DNA of 64,000 nucleotides from Candidatus Aminicenantes bacterium (GTDB lineage Bacteria; Acidobacteriota; Aminicenantia; UBA2199): NCBI GenBank assembly GCA_963770755.1, contig CAVYQZ010000010.1, positions 807,251 to 871,250 of the forward strand, read 5' to 3'. Shown piece by piece: positions 22,419 to 32,100 of this stretch (position 1 is its first letter; each line of letters starts with the position of its first letter). The notes under the pieces were generated by a model. It saw only the letters and a program-made list of their open reading frames with translations, ran no database searches and was not told where the DNA came from. The position numbers and the translations under genes were made by a program.

Positions 22419-24473
22419 TTAGAGATATCCCAAGGACTTGAAATGATCCAACTCTTCTTCACTTAAAGATCTGAGATCTGCCCTGAGCGCTTCAGTGGTT
22501 TTCGCCTGGACTAATCGCAACCATCCAAAGAAACGCAGGCGTAGAAAAACAGTCAGGTCAGGTTGAGCTTGAATCAGCGAAGAGGTTGATTTACTATGCA
22601 AGTTAAAAAGTTCCTCGCGATTTTGCTGGAGTGAGTTTATATAATACCACTGATTCCAGGCTACGGCGTAGACTTGATCATCTTTGAAGCCTTGGGTCAC
22701 GACCATACCACCCGTCTTGTGCTGGCTTCCATCAAATACAGGTGCGATGCTTGAAATATCGAAGGGCCCATCCCGGCCTTCCAAGATTTTAAAGATTGTG
22801 GGAAATATAGCTCCCGTTTGTACCAGTGTTTTGATTTCCCCTTGAAGACGGCAGGATTCTGGAAACTTGATGACCAGCGGCACTTTTGTGATTTCCGGAT
22901 AAACATCGTGGCCGTGGCCCCAAACGCCATGTTCATAACAAGCTTCGCCGTGATCGGCCAAGAGTATAATCAAGCTGTCATGGTAGCGCTTATTTTTTTT
23001 CAATATGTTTATGAAGCGCCCGAAAAGCGAATCCACGTAATTGATGCAGGAATCATAGTCGTCAATAACATCCTGTATTTCTTCTGCAGAGTAAGATCTG
23101 TCTTTTTTATTGATTTGGCGGATTATAAGGTCCTTTTTGGGGCAGATTGTTGTTTTATATTGATTTTGAAATGGCGGCGGCGGCACGATGGGAAAATGAG
23201 GTTCCATGAAATGAAGGTAGGAGAAAGCGGGAGACGCACTGGATTGGAGCCATTTGTCGAATGCTTCGACCATTTTATGGCTTTGACCGAAGCGGAAATC
23301 CTGTAAAAATTGCCGGTAATGGTCTACGCTGCGCGTAAATCCGGACCGATTGGAAATGTGAGCATTGGCCGTAAAAACGGAGGTTGCGTAACCCGATTTT
23401 TTTAAAAACTGAGGGAGTGTCAATTTTTTTTTGCCGAGTACGTCCAGGATGCCCAATATCTGATGGTGGTTCGGGTAGAGTCCGGTAAAGATCGATCCGA
23501 CCGCTCCCGGCGTATAGCTGGCATTGCAAAAGGCCCGTGTGAAAACCAGGCCGTCCTTGGCAAATTCAGAAATGAATGGTGCCGTATCCCGCTGGTAACC
23601 GTATAATCTCAGATGATCGGCTTGGCATCCATCCAGAAGAAATATGAATATGTCCTTGATTTCTTTACGATTTATGGTTATCGGTGCTTCAGCAGCAGCG
23701 GGATCTGGTTTGTTTATCATGGTGGCTCGGTACCAAAGGTGGTCAACATTCGCCGATCCCTGAAGACAATGAATACTTACAACAAAAGGAGTATGTGCAT
23801 TGCAGGAAAAAACGGTTTTCTTATCTGAAAAAGTCAGTGTTTTCGAAACAAGCGTGGATATTTCGTGGTCATCAACTATGGCAAAGGCATGAGTTTTAAG
23901 GGATGCCTGGCCCTGGAATTCATAATCGATGTGTCCAGCCGGTAGGTATACATCAAACCTGTCTCCTTCCTCAAGTCTGCGAAAGTCTTGGTCGGTCGAG
24001 AGGCCTCCTTTTTTCTGCAGGGAGAAAGCACGCAAATGAAAACTTTTATCAATTGTCTTGAAATGTATTTGATTGAACCCTTTTCGCAGCAGCCTGCATG
24101 AGAATGAATAGCGGGAAAATTTTGACGATGGAGGCAAGCTAACAGCTAACTGGTTGTTGATGAACACTTGGACTCTCCCGGGAGCCGCACAGCTGTAAAC
24201 AATGTGCGCAGATTCTCGGGAAGCGGGTTCTTTCAGAAAAAAGGCAATGGAGGCATGTGAATCATTGGCAACAAGACTGTTTTTATCGGCGTCAAATCCC
24301 TGCCAATTATTAGTTGGAGTGGCGTAATTTGGCTGTTTACCTTCCCAGTTAATCCAATATTGGGACTGTTCGAGAAGATCGATACGCTTTTTCGAATTGC
24401 TTTGGCAAACACTAAAGGTAGTGGCAATCAGGATAATTAAAAAACATATGTATTTATGTTTATATTTTTTCAT
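22419..24473 (-). CDS. Secreted sulfatase-family (alkaline-phosphatase superfamily) protein with N-terminal extra domain
   Basis: 684 aa with a signal peptide. Sulfatase blocks are CNASYTPGAVGSIFTGLYPNHH and LLADHGEACYEHGVWGHGHDVY. Confidence 0.75.
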   Translation of the reverse strand: MKKYKHKYICFLIILIATTFSVCQSNSKKRIDLLEQSQYWINWEGKQPNYATPTNNWQGFDADKNSLVANDSHASIAFFLKEPASRESAHIVYSCAAPGRVQVFINNQLAVSLPPSSKFSRYSFSCRLLRKGFNQIHFKTIDKSFHLRAFSLQKKGGLSTDQDFRRLEEGDRFDVYLPAGHIDYEFQGQASLKTHAFAIVDDHEISTLVSKTLTFSDKKTVFSCNAHTPFVVSIHCLQGSANVDHLWYRATMINKPDPAAAEAPITINRKEIKDIFIFLLDGCQADHLRLYGYQRDTAPFISEFAKDGLVFTRAFCNASYTPGAVGSIFTGLYPNHHQILGILDVLGKKKLTLPQFLKKSGYATSVFTANAHISNRSGFTRSVDHYRQFLQDFRFGQSHKMVEAFDKWLQSSASPAFSYLHFMEPHFPIVPPPPFQNQYKTTICPKKDLIIRQINKKDRSYSAEEIQDVIDDYDSCINYVDSLFGRFINILKKNKRYHDSLIILLADHGEACYEHGVWGHGHDVYPEITKVPLVIKFPESCRLQGEIKTLVQTGAIFPTIFKILEGRDGPFDISSIAPVFDGSQHKTGGMVVTQGFKDDQVYAVAWNQWYYINSLQQNREELFNLHSKSTSSLIQAQPDLTVFLRLRFFGWLRLVQAKTTEALRADLRSLSEEELDHFKSLGYL

Positions 24474-24589
24474 TCACAATATAGAACATTAATATAGATG
24501 GTGCTATTTAATTGAACTTCTATTTTAACACACAATATCTTTATATTTACAATCCCCAAATAATTACTGGTTTTGTAATTGTCCTTGTG

Positions 24590-24618
24590 TTGACAATTCA
24601 ATATTCTATCCATAAAAT
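24590..24618 (+). promoter_or_regulatory. Sigma70-like promoter upstream of GT2 copy 1
   Basis: TTGACA, a 17-nt spacer, then TAAAAT. Confidence 0.45.
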
Positions 24619-24669
24619 CCCTATCATGGATAAAAATATTTCTTTGATGGGGTTTTCCAAGGGATTGCA

Positions 24670-25605
24670 ATGAAGCGACTTGCCGTCATTGTTCCGGCTT
24701 TGAATGAAAGCCGGCGGGTTGAGGGCGTTATTGCCGGCCTGCGTAGCATTCAATCCACCCTGCCTTTGCCGGAAGTTCAAGTCATGCTGGTCTTGATTGA
24801 TGACGGTTCATGGGATGGCACTTTTGAAATTTTCGCAAAAAAGTTGAATGAAGAAACGATTTCAGCAAAATTGATCAAGTTTGGCCGCAATTTCGGCAAG
24901 GACAGCGCCATGTTTGCCGGCCTGCAGGCCGTGGATGCAGATTATTATGTGATCCTTGATGCCGACGGACAGACCCCATTTTCCCTGGTTCCGGAAATGT
25001 ACCGGAGTATTGAAAGAGAAAAAGTAGAAGTAATATATGCGATAAAAGAACAGGAGCCTTATCACTGGCTGAGACGCTCACTGACCGCCATCTTTTTTTT
25101 CGTGGCGCGGAAATTGGGTATTCGTGAGCTCAAAAAAGGCTCCTCCGATTTCATGCTCTTTTCACGGCTTGTGCGTGATCGAATATTGCTGATGCAGGAA
25201 AATGGCATTGTTATTCGCAACATGGTGCGCTGGCTGGGAATGTCCGCCCGGGAAATCACCTTCAAGCCCGGAAAGAGCAATGTCACGTCTTTTACGTTTA
25301 AAAATCTTTTCATGCTGGGCGTCCGGAGTATTATCTCCTTTTCACATATTCTGCGCATCAATTTTTTTATCGCACTTGGCTATTGGATTTTTTCCTTTTT
25401 TTATGGAATTTTGATTCTTTACAATAAAATTACCGGTCGAATCGTGGTGGGTCTGAGCACCATGACGCTGTTAACCCTGATCTCATTCGGCTTGATGTTT
25501 TTCATGATCGCCATTATCGGCGAGTATCTGATCATCCTCTTCGAAGAATTAAAAAAACGTCCGCGCTTTTTAATTGAGCAGACTCTCGATATTAAGGGCC
25601 ACTAG
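24670..25605 (+). CDS. GT2 polyprenol-phosphate sugar synthase (GtrB/DPM1/ArnC-like), full length with two C-terminal TM helices
   Basis: 311 aa with VIVPALNE, the DDGSWDGT DXD region and ILDADGQ. The C-terminal hydrophobic anchor is YWIFSFFYGILILY ... LTLISFGLMFFMIAIIGEYLIILF. Confidence 0.85.
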   Translation: MKRLAVIVPALNESRRVEGVIAGLRSIQSTLPLPEVQVMLVLIDDGSWDGTFEIFAKKLNEETISAKLIKFGRNFGKDSAMFAGLQAVDADYYVILDADGQTPFSLVPEMYRSIEREKVEVIYAIKEQEPYHWLRRSLTAIFFFVARKLGIRELKKGSSDFMLFSRLVRDRILLMQENGIVIRNMVRWLGMSAREITFKPGKSNVTSFTFKNLFMLGVRSIISFSHILRINFFIALGYWIFSFFYGILILYNKITGRIVVGLSTMTLLTLISFGLMFFMIAIIGEYLIILFEELKKRPRFLIEQTLDIKGH

Positions 25606-25619
25606 TTCTTTTTTGACTC

Positions 25620-27563
25620 CTATTCGATTCTAACCCTGATCAATTCCAATGAAGGCCCGGAGCGTATTTCCAGGTAATTGAATTGCAAGGCCAACGGCTG
25701 ATTATTGAGATTGAGAACAATTTTATTTTGTTTTTTTGCCTGCAATCGCTGCGTTTTAATTGACCTGTCATTAAATAGAAATTCCGCTTTTGTTTCCCCG
25801 TGAGCATTAATCACGCAGACAAGGTTCTTTTTGCCTCTCAAGGAAAAATGAGGAAGTAAATAGCGTATTTGTGCGCCTGATTCTTTTTCGTTTAAAACCA
25901 ATAGGGTTCCGTTATCGGTCTTTTCAACTTTTTCATATAATGATTGGTTTGCTCCCAAACGGATCTGCCTTTGCATGGCATACCAGTCCTTCTTGTCTTC
26001 ATTATTCCGCCTGCTTTTGAAGATCAGGATCAGACGAATTCCATTTTGTTTCAGCATATGGATGAATTGCGGATCGCTCAAGCCTGAAAAATTGCCTTTA
26101 GATCCAAGCCGGGGGTTGCGTTCCAATTGGCAAATATCCTTCAAGTAATGGATGTGCCCGTGATAGGTGTGTTTAGCATGGTAGATGGTAAACAAGGCAT
26201 AGAAGTTGGACTCGAGCGGATCAAAAGGGAGCTCCAATAGGCCGAAATGTTTTGGATATGGGGCAATTAATTGATAAAGCTCGCTGCTTTTCTGGTTGTA
26301 ATCCTTAAATTTTTCCGAATGAACCGGCCAGCGGACGCGTTCGGCGAAAACCAACAGCAGCACTAGCGCCAGGACGATTTTTTTCTTCCGGAAGCGTCGA
26401 AAAAAATAGGAAAACCCGAAAGCGGAAACCGTAAAAAAGAGGAGCAGCAGGATATATTCCGTTCGGATGCTTCGGGCGCGGAGCAGAACAGGGAACAAAC
26501 GAGCCAAACCTTGAAACAGGTTGAAAAAAGGCAAACTGATTTGGCTTGAATAGAATTGCAAAATGATCCAGGTGATCGTAAGTAGAAGAAGGGTGCGGGG
26601 AATCTTTTTGCGGATCAAGAAAAGGAGTAGGGAAAGGCTCAAAAGAAATGACAGGAGTGTCCAACCGCATAGTCGATTCAGTAAGTTCAACGGCAAACCG
26701 TTACAGCTGATGGGCAGGGCCAAGGCCGGGACAATTAGAAAAACCGAGCAAACCAGGGCAGTTGTTTTTTGCAGGAGGTTTTCAAAGTAAGGCACAAAGG
26801 CGAGGAGGAAAAAAATGAATATACTGATTCCCGGGCAGAATGGAGATTGATGCCAGACAATGCCTTTGAAAAAAAGGAGAAGATAGGACCAATTGCTGTA
26901 AAAACTCAGCGGGGTTCGAAAATGATTGGGCGAGATGGATTTACTTTCGGTGACAATGGAAAAGGAGGTTTCCTGACTCAGGTAAGGGAGAAAGATCAGG
27001 ACCACGGAAAGGATGAATAAAACGAAAGCCGCGCTGAGAAGGAGCCAGGATCGCCGGGGCATGAGGCCGAATATAATTTGCTGGACCAGAAAAAAAATCC
27101 CCAGGGCAATTCCCAGGAAAAGGCCCAATGAAAGATCAAACAGAAATTGGGAAAGAAGTGAGAGAAAAAAGAAAACCAGGTCTTTTTTTCTACCCATTTT
27201 TAGAAATCGCGAAAAAAACAGGAGGGTAAGTGGAATTGGAAAACTGAACAGCAGGTTTAATTGGGGGATATTGTGAACCCGGTAAGGCATGAGAATGTAC
27301 AGGGCCCCAACAACCCAGGCGATCCAGCGTTCAGCAACCCATTCGCGCGCAAATCGATAGGCACAGTAGCCAGAGGCAATGTATGCAAAAAAAGTCAGAA
27401 AATTGTATAAAAAACACACGTTGCGGATATGAACAAAATAAAACGGTAAAACCAGCAGAGTTTGGCCGAAAAGATTGATTCCCGCGATTAAAGTATGGGA
27501 CAAGGGGAAAAGGATGGGCAGTTGGAATAAATTCAGGAGATCGCCCTGGGTGATTTTATTCAA
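25620..27563 (-). CDS. Large polytopic membrane protein (putative GtrC-like/GT-C glycosyltransferase partner of GT2), N-terminally interrupted paralogue
   Basis: 647 aa with more than 12 predicted TM segments and a C-terminal soluble domain. Compared with paralogue 35138-37303, the reading frame continues upstream to an ATG at about 27729-27731 but carries an in-frame TAG at 27621-27623. The track ORF starts at an internal TTG. Confidence 0.7.
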   Translation of the reverse strand: MNKITQGDLLNLFQLPILFPLSHTLIAGINLFGQTLLVLPFYFVHIRNVCFLYNFLTFFAYIASGYCAYRFAREWVAERWIAWVVGALYILMPYRVHNIPQLNLLFSFPIPLTLLFFSRFLKMGRKKDLVFFFLSLLSQFLFDLSLGLFLGIALGIFFLVQQIIFGLMPRRSWLLLSAAFVLFILSVVLIFLPYLSQETSFSIVTESKSISPNHFRTPLSFYSNWSYLLLFFKGIVWHQSPFCPGISIFIFFLLAFVPYFENLLQKTTALVCSVFLIVPALALPISCNGLPLNLLNRLCGWTLLSFLLSLSLLLFLIRKKIPRTLLLLTITWIILQFYSSQISLPFFNLFQGLARLFPVLLRARSIRTEYILLLLFFTVSAFGFSYFFRRFRKKKIVLALVLLLVFAERVRWPVHSEKFKDYNQKSSELYQLIAPYPKHFGLLELPFDPLESNFYALFTIYHAKHTYHGHIHYLKDICQLERNPRLGSKGNFSGLSDPQFIHMLKQNGIRLILIFKSRRNNEDKKDWYAMQRQIRLGANQSLYEKVEKTDNGTLLVLNEKESGAQIRYLLPHFSLRGKKNLVCVINAHGETKAEFLFNDRSIKTQRLQAKKQNKIVLNLNNQPLALQFNYLEIRSGPSLELIRVRIE

Positions 27564-27866
27564 ATTGGAAAACAGGATCGCCAGAGAAAGGCGAATATCG
27601 CCATTTGAAGCAAAGGGGAGCTAGCTGAAAAAATGGGTCAAAAGCGGATAGAGAATCAGCAAAGATATGAGAAAATAGGAAAAAACTATACCGGCTTCCA
27701 GGCGGTATTTATCCAGACGGTGTCTCATCGGCTGAGTGTAACACAGTCATCCCTGTTTGCCAAACACCGCTAAAAAGCCCAGTTCCCGGAACAATTCCTG
27801 TAAACAAATAAAAATCACGGCTGCATGCACAATGCCATTTCAACTGTTTCCCCTTAAATTCCGGCG

Positions 27867-27896
27867 TGGACAAAATCGATCTTCCTGTAGTATAAA
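27867..27896 (+). promoter_or_regulatory. Promoter-like element with near-leaderless start for the chimeric ORF
   Basis: TGGACA, an 18-nt spacer, TATAAA, then the ATG 6 nt downstream. The arrangement matches the intact GT39-like gene at 37445-37485. Confidence 0.4.
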
Positions 27897-27902
27897 TAGC
27901 CA

Positions 27903-28529
27903 ATGCTCGCCGACAAACGCAAACTGATTGGCGCTTTAGCCCTGATGCTGCTCCTGGTTTTTGCTTTGGCCATGCGCCTGCAGCAATGGAACCGCCTGGG
28001 GGTCCCCGATGAAGCCGCGCTGCTGAACATAACTCTGCACATCTATGACAATCCTTTCTCTAACGGCAGCTATCCAGGCTATCCGCCGCTTTTTTTTATT
28101 TCAATTTCCTGCTGGCTTTTTATCTGCCAGAAAATACTGCTCTTCTTCGGCGTCATTAATTTTCCTTCGCAATTCGTCTACTCAGACCTGGGCTACGATT
28201 TCGTCTTCAAAGCCGGAAGGATCGTGACGGCCTTGGCGGGAACGGCTCTTGTGGCCTTGACCTGGCGTATGGGGCGCGAGTTTTTCGGCCGGGCCGCGGC
28301 CTGCGGAGTTGCGGTTCCGCGTTTCAAACTGCCCAAAGGACCGACCATTGCGGCGGCATTCATCCTGGAGAAAGTCTTCGCTTTGGCAAAAAAAGAATCG
28401 TTCCTTAACCGCGGCAAACTTTCATTTTTTCTTGACCCGAAGGCAATGCTTTCCGACCGGGCGAAAGATGAACTTGGGTTCGCACCAGTGATAGATTTCC
28501 GAACTGGAGTTGCAAGGGCGGTTGGCTAG
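27903..28529 (+). pseudogene. Chimeric remnant ORF joining a PMT/ArnT-like GT-C N-terminus (about 135 aa) in frame to the C-terminal 75 aa of an NAD-dependent epimerase
   Basis: The N-terminus (MLADKRKLIGALALMLLLVFALAMRLQQWN ... PDEAALLN ... GYPPLF) is paralogous to the N-termini of the genes at 37483 and 40250. The C-terminus (KLPKGPTIAAAFILEKVFALAKKESFLNRGKLSFFLDPKAM) matches the end of epimerase 46268-47236 (KLPKWPTMAAAFVLEKIFAMVKKEAFLNRGKLSFFLDPKAM). Confidence 0.6.
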
Positions 28530-28556
28530 TACCGTGAGAATGACTGGCTTTGATGG

Positions 28557-29300
28557 TCAACCGCGGCGATCCTGCATCTTCAAGGTCCGGGCGCCGCGGG
28601 CATAGGCATATTCCGCCAGCGGACTTGAGACGACAGAGCCTGCACCGACGACCGAATGGGAACCGATTGTGACTCCGTCAAGGATAATAACGCCAGCGCC
28701 AAGCCAAACATCATCGCCGATTTGAATACCGCCCTTGGCCAGCGATGGCTGGTGCATGATGGGCTTCGAGACGTCGGCGAAGCTATGATTACCGCCGGCT
28801 ACGAGATAGCAGTTCCCGGCCAGGAAACAGTAGCGGCCGAGGGTGATCTCTGTCTCTGAGAGCAGCGTGCAGTTGGCCGAGATGTTGGTGTGGTCGCCCA
28901 GGCGGATAGAGCCTTCCTTGCAGCTCAGGATCGCGTTGCGGCCGATATAGGCTTGCTTGCCGACGCAAATGCCGTCGTTTTCTTCTCCCTTGGCGTCGAG
29001 GACCGCGAAATCGTCAATGACCGTACCGGCACCGATGCGGATCTTGTGCGGATGGCGGAAAGTCAAATAACGGCCGAAGATGACTCCCTTCCCCACTTCG
29101 CCCAACAGGGAGGGATAGAACGCCTTGCGCAGCGCGAAGCCGAGCGCCCCCGAAATCCCCGAGAGCCAGGTCAGGATCTCGTATTTTAGGAAAGCGACCG
29201 GTCCGCGCCGGCCGACAAAGATATCCCTGTACTTATTGCCGAGGGACTTGCGCCCGTCGCCAAGCTCTTTCTGAATGCTTCCGAAAACGTCCTTGGCCAT
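28557..29300 (-). CDS. Hexapeptide-repeat (LbH) acetyltransferase, WbbJ/colanic-acid acetyltransferase-like
   Basis: 247 aa with left-handed beta-helix hexapeptide repeats (IGDDVWLGAGVIILDGVTIGSHSVVGAGSVV). Confidence 0.8.
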   Translation of the reverse strand: MAKDVFGSIQKELGDGRKSLGNKYRDIFVGRRGPVAFLKYEILTWLSGISGALGFALRKAFYPSLLGEVGKGVIFGRYLTFRHPHKIRIGAGTVIDDFAVLDAKGEENDGICVGKQAYIGRNAILSCKEGSIRLGDHTNISANCTLLSETEITLGRYCFLAGNCYLVAGGNHSFADVSKPIMHQPSLAKGGIQIGDDVWLGAGVIILDGVTIGSHSVVGAGSVVSSPLAEYAYARGARTLKMQDRRG

Positions 29301-29535
29301 GCTTACCTCACGCAGGTTTTTATAGCTGTTGCCCCGCAGTTTCCATTTTGCCTTTTAATGAAAAACCCATGGCTCCTTTGGAACGGTCACCAAACGAGTA
29401 CTTTGAAATGAAAATCAATCATATCAATGATGGGATTTTAGGGAAAGTATATTAAAATGTCAACCAACGGTTGCTCAGCAGAAATCTACTTGCGGCGTAT
29501 AGACGTTGTGATCGATTTTTGCTATAATAAGAAGC

Positions 29536-31356
29536 ATGATTATCCTTGGTATTTCAGCATTCTATCACGACAGCGCGGTATGCCTGCTCAAAGACGGTGA
29601 AATTATTTTTGCGGCGCAAGAAGAACGTTTCAGCAGAAAAAAACAGGACGCCGGTTTCCCGGAAAAAGCTTTGCAGGCCGCCCTTGATTATACCGGCATT
29701 TCCCGGACTGACATTGATTATGTTGTTTTTTACGAAAAACCGTTTGTCAAGTTTGACCGCTTGATGTCAACCTTCATGCAGTTTGCTCCGGCCGGCATCC
29801 GAAGTTTTTTGAAAGTTGTTCCGGTGTGGGCCAAAGAAAAGCTCTTTATGAAGGAAATCATCAGGGAGAAAGTCGCGGCCCCGAAGGCCGAGATACTTTT
29901 TACTACTCACCATGAGTCTCATATCGCATCGGCTTTTTATCCATCGCCTTTTACTGAAGCCGCTGTTATAACCGTTGACGGCGTCGGCGAGTGGGACACC
30001 CTGACCATTGCCTGCGGTAAAGGCAGCGATTTTGAAATGCTGAAGAGAATAGCTTTCCCCCATTCCCTCGGCCTGCTCTATTCGGCTTTTACTTATTTTA
30101 CCGGTTTCAAGGTAAATTCGGGAGAATACAAGCTTATGGGCCTTGCCCCTTACGGCGAGCCAATTTACCGGGATATCATTTTAAAAAACCTGGTGGATGT
30201 CAAAGAAGACGGCTCGTTTCGCTTGAACCTGAAATATTTCAGCTATCATACCGGTCTGACCATGACCGGCCGCAGATTTGAAAAACTTTTCAACATCACG
30301 CGCCGACTTCCCGAAACCCCGCTGCGCAAGGAAGACATGGACCTGGCTGCTTCCATTCAGGTCGTGCTGGAAGAAATACTGGAAAAAATAGTAGTAACCG
30401 CTAAAAAGATCGCACCCAGCGACAATCTGTGCCTGGCCGGCGGCGTGGCTTTGAATTGCGTGGCCAATGGCAAAATTTTGAAAAAACAGACATTCAAGAA
30501 CGTCTGGATCCAGCCCGCGGCCGGAGATGCCGGCGGAGCTTTGGGCGCGGCCCTGGCGGTTTGGCATAAAAAACTTAAAATGGAACGCAAGGTGCAGCCG
30601 GGGAAAGACTCGCAGAGGGGCTCCTTCTTGGGACCCGATTATTCTCCCGAATATATTAAAAAGTTTCTTGACAGCCAAAATATAAAATACAGTGAGGTTT
30701 CTCCCGCAGCAGCGCCAAAAAAAATAGCCGAACTCATCAATGCCCATAAGGTTGTAGGTTTTTTTCAGGGGCGCATGGAGTTCGGTCCCCGCGCCCTGGG
30801 CGGCCGCAGCATTATCGGCGACGCGCGCTCTGATAAAATGCAATCACTCATGAATCTTAAAATAAAATTCCGCGAGTCTTTCCGGCCATTTGCTCCCTCC
30901 ATGCTTGAGGAACAGGTCGGGGAGTATTTTGATTTTGATGTTCCTTCACCCTACATGCTGTTGGTTTATGACATCCGGGAAAAATACCGCTGCCAGTTTA
31001 CTGCTGAAGATAAAAAGAAAAAAGGCATAGATAAATTATATATAAAAAGGTCGTGCGTGCCGGCAATCACTCATGTCGATTTTTCAGCCCGTCTGCATAC
31101 CGTTAACCGCGAAGTCAGCCCTTATTATTACGCCGTTATAGAGGAGTTCTATAAGCTTACCGGTTGCCCGATCATTATCAACACATCCTTTAATGTTCGC
31201 GGCGAACCGATCATCAATTCCCCTGAAGATGCCTATCGCTGTTTTATGCGCACCAACATCGATTATCTCGTGCTGGAAAATTATTTTCTAGACAAGCAGC
31301 AGATGAAAGTTCTTCAGGGTGATTCGGATTGGAAAAAGGAGTTTCAACTGGATTAA
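29536..31356 (+). CDS. Carbamoyltransferase, NodU/CmcH family
   Basis: 606 aa with N-terminal MIILGISAFYHDSAVCLLKDGEIIFAAQEERFSRKK, typical of NodU/CmcH/NovN O-carbamoyltransferases, and a C-terminal YrdC-like domain. Confidence 0.9.
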   Translation: MIILGISAFYHDSAVCLLKDGEIIFAAQEERFSRKKQDAGFPEKALQAALDYTGISRTDIDYVVFYEKPFVKFDRLMSTFMQFAPAGIRSFLKVVPVWAKEKLFMKEIIREKVAAPKAEILFTTHHESHIASAFYPSPFTEAAVITVDGVGEWDTLTIACGKGSDFEMLKRIAFPHSLGLLYSAFTYFTGFKVNSGEYKLMGLAPYGEPIYRDIILKNLVDVKEDGSFRLNLKYFSYHTGLTMTGRRFEKLFNITRRLPETPLRKEDMDLAASIQVVLEEILEKIVVTAKKIAPSDNLCLAGGVALNCVANGKILKKQTFKNVWIQPAAGDAGGALGAALAVWHKKLKMERKVQPGKDSQRGSFLGPDYSPEYIKKFLDSQNIKYSEVSPAAAPKKIAELINAHKVVGFFQGRMEFGPRALGGRSIIGDARSDKMQSLMNLKIKFRESFRPFAPSMLEEQVGEYFDFDVPSPYMLLVYDIREKYRCQFTAEDKKKKGIDKLYIKRSCVPAITHVDFSARLHTVNREVSPYYYAVIEEFYKLTGCPIIINTSFNVRGEPIINSPEDAYRCFMRTNIDYLVLENYFLDKQQMKVLQGDSDWKKEFQLD

Positions 31357-31748
31357 TGAAAAAAAACAATTATTCCGCAAAAAATATCCGCATATTTTTA
31401 TTGCTGCTGACGGCTTTTTCGGCCCTGATCCTTTGGTGGGGTTTCAAAGGCGTTGACGGTTCGTTGAAAGCAAAAATCTTTTTAGCCATCGCTGTTGTTG
31501 CCTTGTTTTTTTCTATCTTGCCCCGCTTTTTTGCTCCTGCTTATAAGGGAATAATGCTTGTCAGTGGTTTTGTCGGCAACACGATATTCCTGATCATTGC
31601 CGCAACGGTATTTTTCTTACTGCTCACCCCGCTCTCCCTGGTCATGCGTTTGTTTGGCAAAGAATTTATGGCCTCGCGTTATGATAAGGCAGCTTCATCT
31701 TATTTTGAAAATCCGCAAACCGCACAAGGTTACGAAAAACAATATTAA
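31356..31748 (+). CDS. SxtJ-like small membrane protein (carbamoyltransferase-associated)
   Basis: About 130 aa with 3-4 TM segments. Its start overlaps the carbamoyltransferase stop as TAATG. Family assignment rests on recalled gene-neighbourhood knowledge, not a search. Confidence 0.55.
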   Translation: MKKNNYSAKNIRIFLLLLTAFSALILWWGFKGVDGSLKAKIFLAIAVVALFFSILPRFFAPAYKGIMLVSGFVGNTIFLIIAATVFFLLLTPLSLVMRLFGKEFMASRYDKAASSYFENPQTAQGYEKQY

Positions 31749-31764
31749 AATTGGAGAATAAGAA

Positions 31765-31923
31765 TGGCCAAAATAGGTGTCCTGAAAGAACTTTGGGATT
31801 TCATTAAGCATAACAAGAAATTCTGGCTGGTGCCGGTGATCGTCATCCTGGTTTTGCTTGGGCTTTTGATCTTTCTTTCGGCCGGCAGCCCGTTTGCTCC
31901 TTTTATTTACACCCTCTTTTAAA
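31765..31923 (+). CDS. DUF5989-like 52-aa hydrophobic protein (SxtK-like carbamoyltransferase partner)
   Basis: MAKIGVLKELWDFIKHNKKFWLVPVIVILVLLGLLIFLSAGSPFAPFIYTLF, with a GGAGA RBS 8 nt upstream. A second, nearly identical copy lies at about 47616. The ORF is below the track size cut-off. Confidence 0.6.
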
Positions 31924-32100
31924 CACAACCAGGCACTATCTCGAAGCAACAAGCTTATTTTCAATAAAAACCGCGGTGGACATTTTTAGTGGCAGTACAA
32001 ACATTTTAATCTCATTTAAGAGGCTTGCTCGGAACAGTTTCTTCCAAAGAAATCACTACCGAATATTGACAATTTGAAAAATTATCCTCAAAATGCCCGA

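Larger units (their letters stand above)
24670..27731. repeat. Gtr-like module copy 1 (GT2 plus convergent membrane protein); paralogous to 34379-37303 at about 80% nucleotide identity
   Basis: Long stretches of near-identical protein sequence between the two modules, for example KITQGDLLNLFQLPILFPLSHTL and RFGRNFGKDSA. Confidence 0.8.

Noticed and set aside
24619..24665. Short inverted repeat AATCCC...GGGATT upstream of GT2 copy 1
   Set aside because: Only 6 bp arms with a long loop, and it is not conserved upstream of copy 2. It is likely chance.
30181..30843. 220-aa minus-strand ORF inside the carbamoyltransferase gene
   Set aside because: Antisense to a gene with strong family identity. 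The Ala/Gly-rich translation is typical of spurious open frames in GC-rich sequence.
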